From: Longimicrobiales bacterium
GTDB lineage: Bacteria > Gemmatimonadota > Gemmatimonadetes > Longimicrobiales > Gaopeijiaceae
DNA: 64,000 nt
Direction: 5' to 3'
Assembly (NCBI GenBank): GCA_965202805.1
Contig: OZ241869.1
Coordinates: 704,001 to 768,000, forward strand
Below are positions 10,923-22,575 of this stretch, in pieces (the stretch's first letter is position 1; each line of letters starts with the position of its first letter). The notes under the pieces are model-generated. The model was not told where the DNA came from. It did no database searches and worked only from the letters and a program-made list of their open reading frames with translations. The position numbers and the translations under genes are program-made.

Positions 10923-11032
10923 CGCGTGGATGGGGCCACGGGGCTCGGCGCGCCTCGGTCGCCCCTGGATCGCCGGCTGCCGTCGGGTCACCGGGCGGCG
11001 CCTTCGCCTCGCGTTTCGGGACCCCGCAGGTC

Positions 11033-12115
11033 CTACCCGGTCAGCACCGCCAGCCGGCTTGCCCGCAACTGACCGCACGCCGCGTCGATGTCGCGCCCGC
11101 GAGGCTCGCGCACCTTCACGGCCACTCCGCTCTCCTCCAGCTTCCTGCGAAACGCCTGCACCCTGCCGGGCGCGCTCGGACGCCACTCGGGCTGGTAGGG
11201 AATCGGGTTGAACGGGATCAGATTCACAAAGGCGCGAATGTCGCGCGCGAAGCCGGCCAGGGCGGGGATGAGCGCGAGGGCGTCGTTCACGCCGCGGATC
11301 ATCGTGTACTCGAGCGTGATGCGGCGGCCGCGCACCCGGCGGAATCGTTCCAGGGCGGCCTTCACCTCCGGCAGCGGATAGCGCTTCTCCAGCGGGATCA
11401 GCTCGCGGCGCAAGTCGGAGTCCGGGGCGTGGAGCGAGAGGGCGAGACCGAACTGCTCCGGGCGCTCGGCGAGCGAGCGGATGCCGGGCACCACGCCCAC
11501 GGTCGACACCGTGATCCGGCGCGCGCCGACCTCGTAGCCGCCATTCAGGATGGTGAGCGAGGGCAGGACCGCGCGCGGGTTGGCGAGCGGCTCGCCCATC
11601 CCCATGTACACGATGTTGGAGATCTCGCCCATGTCCCGTCCGCGCGCCCACCGCCGGGAGGCGCGGTACTGGGCCACGATCTCGCCCGCGGTCAGCTGGC
11701 GCCGGAAGCCCGACCACCCGGTCGCGCAGAAGGTGCACCCCAGGGGGCAGCCCGCCTGCGACGAAATGCACAGGGTGAGGCGGGAGCGGGTGGGGATGAG
11801 CACGGACTCCACCAGTTCGCCGTCCCACAGCCGCCAGAGGTGCTTCACGGTGCCGTCGCGCGAAACCGACACGCTGGCGGTGGCGGGTTCCTCCAGGCGA
11901 AAGGCCGCGGCCAGGCCGTCGCGTTCCTGCGCGGGCAGGTCGCTCATCTCCCCAAAGCCGCGCGCATCGTTGCGGAACACCCAGCGCTCCACCTGGCCTG
12001 TACGGAACGCCGGCTGCCCGCGTCCGTGGAAGTGGCGGCGCAGGGCTTCGCGCAATTCCGCCGGGACCAGGCTCAGCAGGTCGGGGCGCTCGTCGCCGTT
12101 CGCTTTTCGCACCAT
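11033..12115 (-). CDS. rlmN: Radical SAM dual-specificity RNA methyltransferase RlmN
   Basis: Motifs CISSQAGCPLGCTFCATG, MGMGEPL and DIDAACGQL. Start is approximate. Confidence 0.95.
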   Translation of the reverse strand: MVRKANGDERPDLLSLVPAELREALRRHFHGRGQPAFRTGQVERWVFRNDARGFGEMSDLPAQERDGLAAAFRLEEPATASVSVSRDGTVKHLWRLWDGELVESVLIPTRSRLTLCISSQAGCPLGCTFCATGWSGFRRQLTAGEIVAQYRASRRWARGRDMGEISNIVYMGMGEPLANPRAVLPSLTILNGGYEVGARRITVSTVGVVPGIRSLAERPEQFGLALSLHAPDSDLRRELIPLEKRYPLPEVKAALERFRRVRGRRITLEYTMIRGVNDALALIPALAGFARDIRAFVNLIPFNPIPYQPEWRPSAPGRVQAFRRKLEESGVAVKVREPRGRDIDAACGQLRASRLAVLTG

Positions 12116-12336
12116 GGCCGTCCCGCGGGGAGTCATCGCACGCACGCTCTCATGCACCGTCCCGAAACAGGTGAAGTCGTTTTGCTTGAGCCGGGGGCGC
12201 ACGCTGACTAACTTAGCGCGATTTCGCAGGAGAGGGGTCCTCTGCTTGCCCTTCCGTCCCCGCTCGGGAGATTCTCGACGAGCACTCCCCGAATGTCCGA
12301 GTCATCGGCTTCCAACCGCTCTCATCCCAGGCCTAC

Positions 12337-14109
12337 ATGACTGATCCGAAGCTGGAGCGTACTTCCTGGCGGTCGCGCATGGCGGGAAGCCTCCGCGAGC
12401 AGGACGCGGACCGCACCCACCAACTCGCCGGCTGGGTGCATCGGCGCCGCGACCTGGGAGGCATGGTGTTCATCGACCTGCGCGACCGCTCGGGCATCGT
12501 GCAGGTGTCCTTCGGTCCCGACTGGACGGACCCGGAGTCGTTTGCAGCCGCCGGGAAACTCGGTGCCGAAGACGTTGTCGCGGTGCGCGGCGACGTCGTG
12601 CGGCGGCCCCCGGAAGCCCGCAATCCCGATATGGCGACCGGTGCGGTGGAGCTGCAGGCCACGAGCTTCGAACTGCTCGGAGACGCGGACACGCCCGCCA
12701 TCCCGGTGCACCAGAACCCGGGAGAGGAGCCTCCCGCGGAGGAGCTCAGGCTTCTGCATCGGCATCTGGACCTGCGGCGCGCACCCATGCAGGCCGCGCT
12801 GGAGCTGCGCCACCGGCTGGTGCTCGAGACCCGCAACTACCTCGACCGGTTGGGCTTCCTCGAGATCGAGACCCCGATCCTGACGAAGCCGATGCCGGAG
12901 GGGGCGCGCGACTTCCTGGTGCCCAGCCGGGTCCACCCGGGAGAGTTCTACGCCCTGCCGCAGAGCCCGCAGATCTACAAGCAGATCCTCATGACGGCGG
13001 GGTTCGACCGCTACTTCCAGATCGCCCGCTGTTTCCGCGACGAGGATCAGCGCACCGACCGGCAGCCGGAGTTCACCCAGATCGACGTCGAGGCCTCGTT
13101 CATCGCGCCGGACGATCTCCTGGGGTGGATCGAGGGGCTCATGGTCCGCCTTTCGGAGGTGGCCGGGCTGGGTATCCCGGCGCCGTTCCAGCGCCTGGCC
13201 TACCGCGATGCCCTGGAGTGCTACGGAAGCGACCGTCCCGACCTCCGCTTCGGGCTCGAGATCGAGGACTGGTCGGAACCGTTCGCGGATGTGGACTTCC
13301 GCATCACGCGCTCGGCGCTGGATGCGGGCGGGCGCGTGCGCGGGTTGCGCGTCCGGGGAGGCGCGTCGCTCTCGCGCAAGCAGGTCGGGGCGATCGAGTC
13401 CGCCGCGAGGAAGGCCGGTGCGCCCGGACTGCTCTGGGTGAAGCGCACGGAGGACGGCGGCGCCGGCCCGCTCGCGCGCTTCCTGGCCGACGGGCACTAC
13501 GACGCCCTCGGCATGCGTCCCGGTGATCTGGCTCTCGCCGCCGCCGGTGCGGACGCCGTCACCTCGCCGGCGCTCGCGGCGGCGAGGCTGCGGGCGAGGG
13601 AAGTGGCCGCCATGCCCCACGACAGGAAACACGCATGGGCGTGGGTGCTCGACTTCCCGCTGTTCGACCCGCTTCCCGACGGAGAGGGGATCACCTTCAA
13701 CCACCATCCCTTCGTGATGCCGGCGGAGGCGGACCTGCCGCGCCTGGAGTCCGCGCCGCTGTCGTGCGGGGCACGCGCGTACGACCTGGTGTATAACGGT
13801 TCGGAGCTCGGGTCCGGCAGCCTGCGCATCCACGACGCGGCGTTGCAGGAGCGGGTGCTTCGGGCGCTGGGGCTGGGCGAACGGCAGATCGAAGAGCGCT
13901 TCGGCTTCCTCCTCAAGGCACTGCGCTCGGGTGCGCCGCCGCACGGGGGCATCGCCCTGGGGATGGACCGCATCGTGCAGCATTTCGCCGAAGCCGCAAG
14001 CCTGAGAGACGTGATCGCGTTCCCGAAGACGACCGCGGCGAGGGCGCTCTTCGAGGCGGCGCCCGGACGTCCGGGAAGAGCCGAGCTGGAGGCGTTGAAG
14101 CTGGCATGA
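12337..14109 (+). CDS. aspS: Aspartate--tRNA ligase
   Basis: Motifs GWVHRRRDLGG, YALPQSPQ, RCFRDED, RQPEFTQID and PPHGGIALGMDR. Confidence 0.97.
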   Translation: MTDPKLERTSWRSRMAGSLREQDADRTHQLAGWVHRRRDLGGMVFIDLRDRSGIVQVSFGPDWTDPESFAAAGKLGAEDVVAVRGDVVRRPPEARNPDMATGAVELQATSFELLGDADTPAIPVHQNPGEEPPAEELRLLHRHLDLRRAPMQAALELRHRLVLETRNYLDRLGFLEIETPILTKPMPEGARDFLVPSRVHPGEFYALPQSPQIYKQILMTAGFDRYFQIARCFRDEDQRTDRQPEFTQIDVEASFIAPDDLLGWIEGLMVRLSEVAGLGIPAPFQRLAYRDALECYGSDRPDLRFGLEIEDWSEPFADVDFRITRSALDAGGRVRGLRVRGGASLSRKQVGAIESAARKAGAPGLLWVKRTEDGGAGPLARFLADGHYDALGMRPGDLALAAAGADAVTSPALAAARLRAREVAAMPHDRKHAWAWVLDFPLFDPLPDGEGITFNHHPFVMPAEADLPRLESAPLSCGARAYDLVYNGSELGSGSLRIHDAALQERVLRALGLGERQIEERFGFLLKALRSGAPPHGGIALGMDRIVQHFAEAASLRDVIAFPKTTAARALFEAAPGRPGRAELEALKLA

Positions 14110-15086
14110 CCCCCCGGACCATGGTGGAGCACCGCCTCGATACGGAAGGAGCCGATCCGCTCCTGCTGGCCGGAGTCAACGACGCCAACATGCAGGGGTT
14201 GGCGCGTCTCTTCGACATCCGGGTGATCCTGCGCGGTGACCGGCTGCTGCTCTCGGGCGCGCTGGAGGGGGTGGAGAGGGCCGTCCCGGTCGTGCGCCAC
14301 ATGATCGAGCTGGCGCGCATGAGGGTCTCGTTCGACGCTTCCGACATCGCCCGTTTCGCCGAGGAGCGCGCGACCGGCAGCCCGTCCGCGCCCGCCGAGG
14401 CGGGGGAGCCGTCCCGGATCGCGCTGCCCGGGTCGCGCCGGGTCATCAGCCCGCGCTCCGAGGGGCAGCGGCGCTACGTCGAGGCCATCGACCGCTTCGA
14501 AATCGTCATTTCGATCGGTCCGGCCGGAACCGGAAAGACCTACCTGGCCGTGGCCAAGGCGGTCGAGGCCCTCTACCGCAAGCGGGTGCGGCGCATCGTG
14601 CTGGCCCGCCCGGCGGTCGAGGCCGGAGAGAACCTGGGCTTCCTCCCCGGCGACCTGCAGGAGAAGGTCGACCCCTACCTGCGGCCGCTCTACGACGCGC
14701 TGGAGGACATGATGCCCTCCGAGCGCGTGCGCCGCGCCCTCGACGACCGCACCATCGAAATTGCCCCGCTCGCCTACATGCGCGGCCGAACCCTCTCGGA
14801 CGCCTTCGTCATCCTGGACGAGGCCCAGAACGCCACCCGCGCCCAGATGAAGATGTTCCTGACTCGTCTGGGGCTGAACTCGCGGGTGGTGATCACCGGC
14901 GACAAGACCCAGATCGACCTCCCCAGCCGGGCCGATTCGGGTCTCCTCCAGGTGGAGAACATCCTCCGCGACGTGAAGGGCATCGCGCTCGTCTATCTGG
15001 ACGCCGTGGACGTGATCCGCCACCGCCTCGTGAAGCACATCATCCGCGCGTACGAGAACGACCCCGCGGAAGGGGAGCCCGGGTGA
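14106..15086 (+). CDS. phoH: PhoH-family ATPase
   Basis: Motifs GPAGTGKT, RPAVEAGENLGFLPG, APLAYMRGRT and ILDEAQN. Confidence 0.93.
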   Translation: MTPRTMVEHRLDTEGADPLLLAGVNDANMQGLARLFDIRVILRGDRLLLSGALEGVERAVPVVRHMIELARMRVSFDASDIARFAEERATGSPSAPAEAGEPSRIALPGSRRVISPRSEGQRRYVEAIDRFEIVISIGPAGTGKTYLAVAKAVEALYRKRVRRIVLARPAVEAGENLGFLPGDLQEKVDPYLRPLYDALEDMMPSERVRRALDDRTIEIAPLAYMRGRTLSDAFVILDEAQNATRAQMKMFLTRLGLNSRVVITGDKTQIDLPSRADSGLLQVENILRDVKGIALVYLDAVDVIRHRLVKHIIRAYENDPAEGEPG

Positions 15087-17395
15087 ACCTCTGGCGCGTC
15101 CTGTCGAGCCCGCCCGAGCGCCTCTGGCCGGGGGTCGTGCACCACGGCGCGCGCGTAGTGATGCTCCTCGGACTCGCCCTCGTGGTAGCCGTCGGGTTCC
15201 CGCCCAACCCCCGGGTCGCCGACGTGAGCGGGTACCAGGCCGGGGTGGTCGCGACCGACGACCTGATCGCCGAGGTCGAGTTCGCGGTTCCCAAGTCCGC
15301 GACCGAACTGGAACGCGACCGGGCGGCCGCGGTTGCCGCCGTGCCGATGATCTACCGCTACCGCCCGGAGGCGGGCGACTCCACCGCGGAGGCCCTGAAC
15401 CGCTTCTTCGCCACGGTGGAGGAAGCCGTGGGGCGGGACCCCGCCGCGCTCGATTCCGTGCTGGCGGCTGAAAACATCGCCGCAACGCCGGCGCTGGTGG
15501 AGGTGCTGCGCGACCCGGCAGTCCGCGAAGCGATTCACCGGGCCGCGCTGCGCGCCGCCCGGGAGCTCATCCCTGCCGGTGTGGTCGACGCGACGACGCG
15601 GGACTACCTGGGTGACCGCATCACGGTACTCGAAGAGGGCGGCGAACGGTTCGTCCCGGCCCAGGGGCTGCTTACGGCCACCGACCTGTACAACCGCTCC
15701 ACGGAACTGCTCCCCGCGGACGCTTCCCCGGAGGCGACGGAGATCCTGCGCCTGCTCCTCATCCACTTCCGCGAGTTCAGCTATCTGCCCAACCAGGAGG
15801 CGACCGCGGCCCAGCGCACGGCGGCCCGCCTGTCGGTCGTCACCACGCGCGCCAACGTGCTCGCCGGCGAGGCCATTCTGCGCGCCAACCAGCAGGTCAC
15901 GGAGGAGGACCTGATCAGCCTGCGCGCCTACGAAGAGCAGTTGCGCACGCTCGGGCTGCTCGGCGCCACCGCCACGGGGTTCCTGCCGTCGCTCGGGGTG
16001 TACCTGCTGCAGGTCCTGCTGCTCGGGATGCTCTGGATCGTGCTTTGGGCCTATCGCGGCGAGGTGTACACCAACTTCCGCTGGATGCTGCTTCTGGCCC
16101 TGCTGCTGGCCACCTACTTCGCTTCCGCGATCGTCATTTCGCGGGTTGCCATCTTTCCGCCCGAGCTGCTCCCCATCGCCTTCGTTACGCTTTCCGTGGC
16201 AGTGGTGTGGGACGGTCGCCTGGCGCTCATGCTCGCGCTGGTGCTGGCGGCCGTCACCGCGTCGCTGACGCCGTTCCAGGGCGTGGGCGTGATGGTGACC
16301 ACCATGGTCGGGGGCGGGGCGGCGGCGCTCAGCGTCGGCGTGGTGCGCCGGCGCTCGCAGAGCTGGACCTTCATCGCCATCATCGCGGCCTCCTACGCCT
16401 GCGTCACGCTCTCCCTGTGGCTCAGCCGGATGCAGCCCGCCGCCGGGGTCCTCCCTTCCATCGGCTGGACCACCGGGAACGCCATCGTGAGCGCGGGCCT
16501 GGCGCTCCTGTTCGTGCCCGCCTTCGAGTGGTTCACGGGCGTCACCACCGATCAGACCCTGCTCGAGTTCGCGGATCCCAACCGCACACTGCTCAAGCGC
16601 CTGTCGATGGAGGCTCCGGGGACCTACGCCCACACCATCAACGTGGCCAATCTCGCGGAGGCGGCGGGCACCGCCATCGGCGCCAACGGCCTCCTCTGCA
16701 GGGTGGGCACGTACTACCACGATGTCGGCAAGGTGCTCGAGCCGCAGTACTTCATCGAGAATCAGCACGGGGGCGTAAACCCGCACGACCGGCTGGAACC
16801 GTCCATTTCCGCAGCCATCCTGCGGCGTCACGTGGTCGAGGGACTCCGGCTCGCGCGCCAGGAGAAGCTGCCGCCGGCCATCTCCGCCTTCATCGCGGAA
16901 CACCACGGCACCCAGCGCATCGGCTACTTCTACGGCAAGGCGCTCGAGCAGGCCGGGGGAGAGGACGTCGACGCAACCGAGTTCCACTACGCCGGGCCGA
17001 AACCGCAGTCCAGCGAGACCGCGGTGCTGCTCCTGGCGGATCCCGTGGAATCGGCCTCGCGCACCTTGCGCGATCCTACCCCGGAACGCATCCGGGCCAT
17101 GATCGACGCGATCGTGGACAGCCGCCTGGCCGATGGCCAGCTGGACGAGGCGCCGCTCACCTTCGCTCAGATCTCGCTCGTGAAGGAGCAGTTCGCGACG
17201 GTGCTTGAGGCGATGTACCACCGCCGCGTCGATTACCCCGAAACCGCGCACATCAGCAAGGCCGCCGGGAGCGCCGTCGCGTCCGCCGGGGATGCCGCCG
17301 CGTCCGCCGGGGATGCCGCCGAGCCTGCCAGGGCCGGGGACCCGCCCGAGTCGGGCGAAGAAGCCGACCCGGCCGCACCCTCCTCCAGCTCCTGA
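15083..17395 (+). CDS. 7TM-HD phosphohydrolase (PgpH-like cyclic-di-AMP phosphodiesterase family)
   Basis: Extracytoplasmic domain, about 7 TM helices, then EAPGTYAH, YYHDVGK, FIENQ, EHHGT and LLADPVE. Sits in the phoH-HD-ybeY context. Confidence 0.88.
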   Translation: MNLWRVLSSPPERLWPGVVHHGARVVMLLGLALVVAVGFPPNPRVADVSGYQAGVVATDDLIAEVEFAVPKSATELERDRAAAVAAVPMIYRYRPEAGDSTAEALNRFFATVEEAVGRDPAALDSVLAAENIAATPALVEVLRDPAVREAIHRAALRAARELIPAGVVDATTRDYLGDRITVLEEGGERFVPAQGLLTATDLYNRSTELLPADASPEATEILRLLLIHFREFSYLPNQEATAAQRTAARLSVVTTRANVLAGEAILRANQQVTEEDLISLRAYEEQLRTLGLLGATATGFLPSLGVYLLQVLLLGMLWIVLWAYRGEVYTNFRWMLLLALLLATYFASAIVISRVAIFPPELLPIAFVTLSVAVVWDGRLALMLALVLAAVTASLTPFQGVGVMVTTMVGGGAAALSVGVVRRRSQSWTFIAIIAASYACVTLSLWLSRMQPAAGVLPSIGWTTGNAIVSAGLALLFVPAFEWFTGVTTDQTLLEFADPNRTLLKRLSMEAPGTYAHTINVANLAEAAGTAIGANGLLCRVGTYYHDVGKVLEPQYFIENQHGGVNPHDRLEPSISAAILRRHVVEGLRLARQEKLPPAISAFIAEHHGTQRIGYFYGKALEQAGGEDVDATEFHYAGPKPQSSETAVLLLADPVESASRTLRDPTPERIRAMIDAIVDSRLADGQLDEAPLTFAQISLVKEQFATVLEAMYHRRVDYPETAHISKAAGSAVASAGDAAASAGDAAEPARAGDPPESGEEADPAAPSSSS
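17278..17319 (+). repeat. Perfect 21-bp tandem duplication (ASAGDAA x2) in the low-complexity C-terminal tail
   Basis: CGCGTCCGCCGGGGATGCCGC occurs twice in tandem. Confidence 0.8.
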
Positions 17396-17412
17396 CCCTG
17401 CCCCGGGGAACC

Positions 17413-17910
17413 GTGACCGGGCCCGAGCTGCTGATCGACGTCGACGTCCGGGCCGCGGCGCCCGCCGGGACCTCGGCGCGAACCCGCGCGCGCCTTGTCC
17501 GTGCCGTGCGCGCGACGCTCGCGGACGAGGGAACGAAGCACGGGGAGGTCTCGCTCACCCTCGTCGGGGACGACCGCATCCGGGACCTGAATCGCGAATA
17601 CGTCGGCCACGACCGCGTCACCGACGTGATCTCCTTCGCCCTGCACGGTCCCGGTGAGCCCTTGCTGGCCGACATCTACATCGGATACCCGCAGGCCCTG
17701 CGCCAGGCAGCCGGACTCGGCCTGTCCGCGCACGAGGAGCTGGTGCGGCTCGCGATCCACGGGACCCTCCACGCGCTCGGGTACGACCATCCCCAGGAGG
17801 ATCGCTTCGCGAGCGACTTCTTCCGCCGCCAGGAAGCGCTGGTGGAGCGGGTGCTTGCCGCCGGCGACGGGTCGCGCGAGAATTCCCGCGCCTCGTCGAA
17901 CCCGTCGTAA
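17413..17910 (+). CDS. ybeY: rRNA maturation RNase YbeY
   Basis: Motifs LNREYVGHDRVTDVISF and HGTLHALGYDH. Confidence 0.95.
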   Translation: MTGPELLIDVDVRAAAPAGTSARTRARLVRAVRATLADEGTKHGEVSLTLVGDDRIRDLNREYVGHDRVTDVISFALHGPGEPLLADIYIGYPQALRQAAGLGLSAHEELVRLAIHGTLHALGYDHPQEDRFASDFFRRQEALVERVLAAGDGSRENSRASSNPS

Positions 17911-17927
17911 CCTCCGGACCGGACACC

Positions 17928-19283
17928 GTGTCGTCTCAAGATTCGCTCGCACTCCGCAAGGAGGTTCTGCTGGCCGCGATCGCCGAAGGGAAGATCGCGG
18001 AGGCGAACCATACCCTGGCGAAGCTCCATCCGTCGGATGTGGCGGATGTCCTGGAGTCGCTCTCGGAGGGCGACCGCCTGGTCGTCCTGCGCGCTCTCCC
18101 CGCCGAGCTGGCCTCCGAGACCCTGGCCGAGATGGAGGAGGACGAGCGGGCGGCCGATCTGCTCGCGGCCATGACTCCGCACCGGGGCGCGAAGCTCCTG
18201 AGCGAGCTGGCCGACGACGACGCCACCGACCTGGTGGCCGACCTGCAGCCCGAGGAACGGGCGCGCATTCTGGCGGAGATGCCCGTCGAAGAGGCCGGCG
18301 AGATCCGCGAACTGCTCGCTTACCCGGAGGAGAGCGCGGGCGGCATCATGACCGCGGCGCTGGTCGCGGTACGCGAGACCCTTACCGCGGGCCAGGCGAT
18401 CGAGGAGGTCCGCCGGCAGGGCAGGGAGGTGGAGGACTTCTACACCGTGTGGGTGGTGGACGGCAGCGGGCGGCTGGTGGGGACGGTCCCCCTGGACGAC
18501 CTCATCCTGGCCGAACCGGGCGACCCGGTGTCATCGCTGGTCGAGCCCGTGGTCGCGGCGGTGCGCCCGGACGAGGACCAGGAGGAAGTGGGTCGTCTCA
18601 TGGCCCGCTACAACCTGCCCACGGTGCCGGTCGTGGGACCTCGGGGAAGGCTCGTCGGCCGCATCACCTTCGACGACGTGCTCGATGTCATGGAGGCCGA
18701 GCAGACCGAGGACATCCTGCGCTTCGGCGGGGTCTCGGACGAGGAGTCGCTGGGGGCGAGCTGGCTGGCGGCGGTGCGGACCCGTCTTCCGTGGCTGGTG
18801 CTGAACCTGCTGACCGCGAGCGCGGCCGCTCTGGTCGTGTATTCCTACTCCGATACGGTACAGAGCGCCGTGATCCTCGCGGTCGTCATGCCCGTCATCG
18901 CGGGGATGGGCGGGAATGCGGGGTCGCAGGCCCTGGCGGTGACCGTGCGCCGGCTGGCGTTGCGCGACGATGTGGGCGCCGACCCCCGGGCGGTGGTGGG
19001 CAAGGAGGTCCTGGTGGGGCTCGTCAACGGGGCCGTGCTCGGAGGCATCGTGGCCGGCGCGAGCCTGCTGGTGCCGGGAGGAGATCCTCGCCTCGGGCTG
19101 GTCGTGCTGGTCTCCATGTGGGGCACGATGCTGATGGCGGGATTCGGCGGGGCGTTCATCCCCATGCTGCTTCACCGCCTGGGATTCGATCCGGCGGTGG
19201 CATCCTCGGTCTTTCTGCATACGACCACCGATTTTCTGGGCTTCATGCTCCTGCTGGGCCTCGCCACCGCCCTCCTGATGTAG
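17928..19283 (+). CDS. mgtE: Magnesium transporter
   Basis: MgtE-N helical domain, a CBS pair (SAGGIMT) and TM domain motifs RLPWL, MGGNAGSQ and FDPAVAS. Confidence 0.94.
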   Translation: MSSQDSLALRKEVLLAAIAEGKIAEANHTLAKLHPSDVADVLESLSEGDRLVVLRALPAELASETLAEMEEDERAADLLAAMTPHRGAKLLSELADDDATDLVADLQPEERARILAEMPVEEAGEIRELLAYPEESAGGIMTAALVAVRETLTAGQAIEEVRRQGREVEDFYTVWVVDGSGRLVGTVPLDDLILAEPGDPVSSLVEPVVAAVRPDEDQEEVGRLMARYNLPTVPVVGPRGRLVGRITFDDVLDVMEAEQTEDILRFGGVSDEESLGASWLAAVRTRLPWLVLNLLTASAAALVVYSYSDTVQSAVILAVVMPVIAGMGGNAGSQALAVTVRRLALRDDVGADPRAVVGKEVLVGLVNGAVLGGIVAGASLLVPGGDPRLGLVVLVSMWGTMLMAGFGGAFIPMLLHRLGFDPAVASSVFLHTTTDFLGFMLLLGLATALLM

Positions 19284-19289
19284 CAGATC

Positions 19290-20861
19290 TTGAACGTCCC
19301 GCCCGAGATCCTGATCGACGGACACTCGCTCACGCTTGAAGCGGTGGAGGAAGTGGCGCGCGCGGCCCCCGGAACGCTGCGCCTGTCCCTGGACGTCGCG
19401 GCCGCCCGGCGCATGCGGGCCTCCCGGGCGACGATCGAGCGGCTGATCCGCTCGGGCGAGCCGGTCTACGGCATGAGCACCGGGTTCGGGCGTCTGGCCG
19501 AGGTTGTGATCGCCCCGGAAGACCGGCGCGCCCTGCAGCACAATCTCATTCGCAGCCATGCCTCGGGGGTCGGCGAGCCACTCCCCCGCGAGTGCGTGCG
19601 CGCGATCATGCTGTTGCGCGCCAACGCCCTGGCCCGCGGACACTCGGGGTGCCGCACCAGGCTCGTGGAGCGCCTGCTGGACATGCTCGACCGCGGGATT
19701 CACCCCGTCATCCCGGAGTTCGGCTCGGTGGGCGCAAGCGGCGATCTGGCTCCTCTGGCGCACGTCGCCCTGAGCCTTCTGGGTGCGGGGCAGGCCGAGA
19801 CGGACGGCGAGCAGCGCCCCATGGACGATATCCTTGTCGACATCGGCCTCGCACCGATCGAGCTGGGACCGAAGGAGGGCCTCGCGCTCATCAACGGAAC
19901 CCAGGCGACCTCAGCGCTCGGCGTTCTGGCGCTGCTGGCCGCGGAGCGGGCGCTGGACGCCGCCGAGGCGAGTGGCGCGATGTCGGTGGAGGCGCTCCTG
20001 GGGACGCCCGAGGCGTTCCGTCCGGAGATCCAGGCCGCGCGCCCCCATCCCGGACAGGCGGCGTCCGCGGCCCGCCTGCGCGCGCTCATCGCGGGATCCG
20101 AGATTCGGGAGTCGCACCGAGTCGGCGACCCGCGGGTGCAGGACGCCTACTCGCTTCGCTGCATTCCGCAGGTGCACGGGGCCGCCCGCTCCGCGCTCGG
20201 CTACGCCCGCGGCATCCTCGAGGTGGAGATCAACAGCGCGACCGACAACCCCCTCGTGTTCCCGGAAGCCGGGGAGCGCTCCGGCGCATCCCGCGAGGTT
20301 CTCTCCGGAGGCAACTTCCATGCGCAGATCGCGGCCCAGGCGCTCGACTTGCTCGCGATCGCGGTCGCGGACGTGGCGTCCATGTGCGAGCGGCGCATCG
20401 AACGGCTCATCAACCCCGACCTGTCGCTCGGACTGCCCGCCTTTCTCGCCCGTCGCCCGGGACTCGAAAGCGGCCTGATGGTGGTGCAGGTGGTCGTCGC
20501 CGACCTCCTCTCGGAGATGCGCGTGCTCGCCCACCCGGCGAGTGTCGACTCGGTGCCGACCAGCGCGAGCCAGGAGGATCACGTCTCCATGGGGCTCGCG
20601 GCTGCGCGCAAGGCCCGGCGGGCGGTGTCCTGCCTCGAGCGCGTCCTGGCGGCGGAACTCCTGTGCGCGGCCCAGGGCATCGACTACCGGCGCCCGCTGC
20701 GCTCGAGCGACGGCGTCGAGGAGGTTCACGCGCTCGTCCGCACCCGGGTCGCGACGCTTGCGGGTGACCGGTCCCTTACGGCGGACCTGGAGGCTCTCGC
20801 GGACCTGGTCGCATCGGGTGCGATCGCCGCCATCACCCGAAGCGCAGGGGGAGGCTCATGA
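19290..20861 (+). CDS. hutH: Histidine ammonia-lyase
   Basis: MIO-forming [12 protein letters not shown], plus [25 protein letters not shown] and QEDHVSMG. Adjacent to hutU. Confidence 0.95.
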   Translation: MNVPPEILIDGHSLTLEAVEEVARAAPGTLRLSLDVAAARRMRASRATIERLIRSGEPVYGMSTGFGRLAEVVIAPEDRRALQHNLIRSHASGVGEPLPRECVRAIMLLRANALARGHSGCRTRLVERLLDMLDRGIHPVIPEFGSVGASGDLAPLAHVALSLLGAGQAETDGEQRPMDDILVDIGLAPIELGPKEGLALINGTQATSALGVLALLAAERALDAAEASGAMSVEALLGTPEAFRPEIQAARPHPGQAASAARLRALIAGSEIRESHRVGDPRVQDAYSLRCIPQVHGAARSALGYARGILEVEINSATDNPLVFPEAGERSGASREVLSGGNFHAQIAAQALDLLAIAVADVASMCERRIERLINPDLSLGLPAFLARRPGLESGLMVVQVVVADLLSEMRVLAHPASVDSVPTSASQEDHVSMGLAAARKARRAVSCLERVLAAELLCAAQGIDYRRPLRSSDGVEEVHALVRTRVATLAGDRSLTADLEALADLVASGAIAAITRSAGGGS

Positions 20862-22522
20862 CGCACACGCGGACACCCCGCACCGTGCGGGCCCCCCGGG
20901 GAAGGCGCATCTCGTGCCGCGGCTGGACCCAGGAGGCCGCCCTGCGCATGCTCATGAACAACCTCGATCCCGAGGTCGCCGAAGCCCCCGACGCCCTCGT
21001 GGTGTACGGCGGCACGGGCAGGGCGGCGCGCTCATGGGACGCCTTCGACGCCATCGTGCGCACCCTCCGGGAGCTCGCCGACGACGAAACCCTGCTGGTC
21101 CAGTCCGGGAAGCCGGTGGGGGTGTTCCGCACCCACGCCGAGGCGCCGCGCGTACTCATCGCCAATGCCAACCTGGTCGGCAACTGGGCGACCTGGGAGC
21201 ACTTCCGGGAACTGGAGCGGCGGGGCCTCATCATGTTCGGGCAGATGACCGCGGGCTCGTGGATCTACATCGGCACCCAGGGCATCCTGCAGGGCACCTA
21301 CGAGACCTTCGGCGCGCTCGCCCGCAAGCACTTCGGGGCGTCGCTGCGCGGCAAATGGGTGCTCACCGGGGGGATGGGAGGCATGGGCGGAGCCCAGCCG
21401 CTCGCCGCCACCATGAACGAGGGGGCCATCCTGTGCGTCGAAGTCGACGCCGAGCGCATCGGGAGGCGCATCGAAACCCGCTATTGCGACCGCATGACCC
21501 ACGACCTGGACGAGGCTCTGGAGTGGGTGCGGAGCGCGGCGCGGTCGGGCACGGCGGTCTCGGTCGGGCTGGTCGGCAACTGCGCCGAGGTGCTGCCCGA
21601 GCTGGTCGCGCGCGGGGTCACCCCGGATGTGGTCACCGACCAGACCTCCGCGCACGACCCCCTGGGCGGGTACGTACCGGCCGGCCTCTCCCTCGAGGAC
21701 GCGGCCCGCCTGCGCGAGGCCGACCCGGAAGAATACCAGCGGCGCTCGCTTGCCTCCATGCGCGCCCACTGCGCGGCCATCGTCGCGATGCAGGAGGCCG
21801 GCGCGGTGGCGTTCGACTACGGCAACAACCTGCGCGGGTTCGCCCGCGAGGCCGGGCTGGAGAACGCCTTCGCCTATCCGGGCTTCGTGCCCGCCTACAT
21901 CCGCGACCTGTTCTGCGAGGGCAAGGGCCCCTTCCGCTGGGCCGCGCTCTCCGGCGACCCCGCCGACATCCACCGCATCGACGATCTGGTGCTGGAGATG
22001 TTCCCCGGCGACGAGCATCTGTGCCGCTGGATCCGGCTGGCCCGCGAGGAGGTCGCGTTTCAGGGCCTCCCGGCGCGCATCTGCTGGCTGGGGCAGGGAG
22101 AGCGCGCGCGCTTCGGCTGCGCCATCAACGACCTGGTGGCCAGCGGGGAGGTGAGCGCACCGGTAGTGATCGGCCGCGACCACCTGGACACCGGGAGCGT
22201 CGCTTCCCCCAACCGCGAAACCGAGGCCATGCGCGACGGAAGCGACGCCATCGCCGACTGGCCGATCCTGAACGCGCTGCTGAACACCGCATCGGGAGCG
22301 AGCTGGGTGTCCTTCCACCACGGCGGCGGGGTCGGCATCGGCTACTCGCTGCACGCGGGCCAGGTCGTGGTCGCCGACGGCACGCCCGCAATGCGCGCAC
22401 GAATCGAGCGGGTGCTCACCAACGACCCGGGCATCGGGGTCGCGCGCCACGCCGACGCCGGCTATCCCGTGGCCCTGCGGACCGCCCGGCGCGAAGGCAT
22501 CCGCATTCCGATGCGGGAGTAG
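20858..22522 (+). CDS. hutU: Urocanate hydratase
   Basis: Motifs [36 protein letters not shown] and [11 protein letters not shown]. Confidence 0.97.
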   Translation: MTHTRTPRTVRAPRGRRISCRGWTQEAALRMLMNNLDPEVAEAPDALVVYGGTGRAARSWDAFDAIVRTLRELADDETLLVQSGKPVGVFRTHAEAPRVLIANANLVGNWATWEHFRELERRGLIMFGQMTAGSWIYIGTQGILQGTYETFGALARKHFGASLRGKWVLTGGMGGMGGAQPLAATMNEGAILCVEVDAERIGRRIETRYCDRMTHDLDEALEWVRSAARSGTAVSVGLVGNCAEVLPELVARGVTPDVVTDQTSAHDPLGGYVPAGLSLEDAARLREADPEEYQRRSLASMRAHCAAIVAMQEAGAVAFDYGNNLRGFAREAGLENAFAYPGFVPAYIRDLFCEGKGPFRWAALSGDPADIHRIDDLVLEMFPGDEHLCRWIRLAREEVAFQGLPARICWLGQGERARFGCAINDLVASGEVSAPVVIGRDHLDTGSVASPNRETEAMRDGSDAIADWPILNALLNTASGASWVSFHHGGGVGIGYSLHAGQVVVADGTPAMRARIERVLTNDPGIGVARHADAGYPVALRTARREGIRIPMRE

Positions 22523-22575
22523 CCGCGGTCCCATCAACCCATTCCAGCGCCCGTCCTTCGGCTGCACATTGGTTC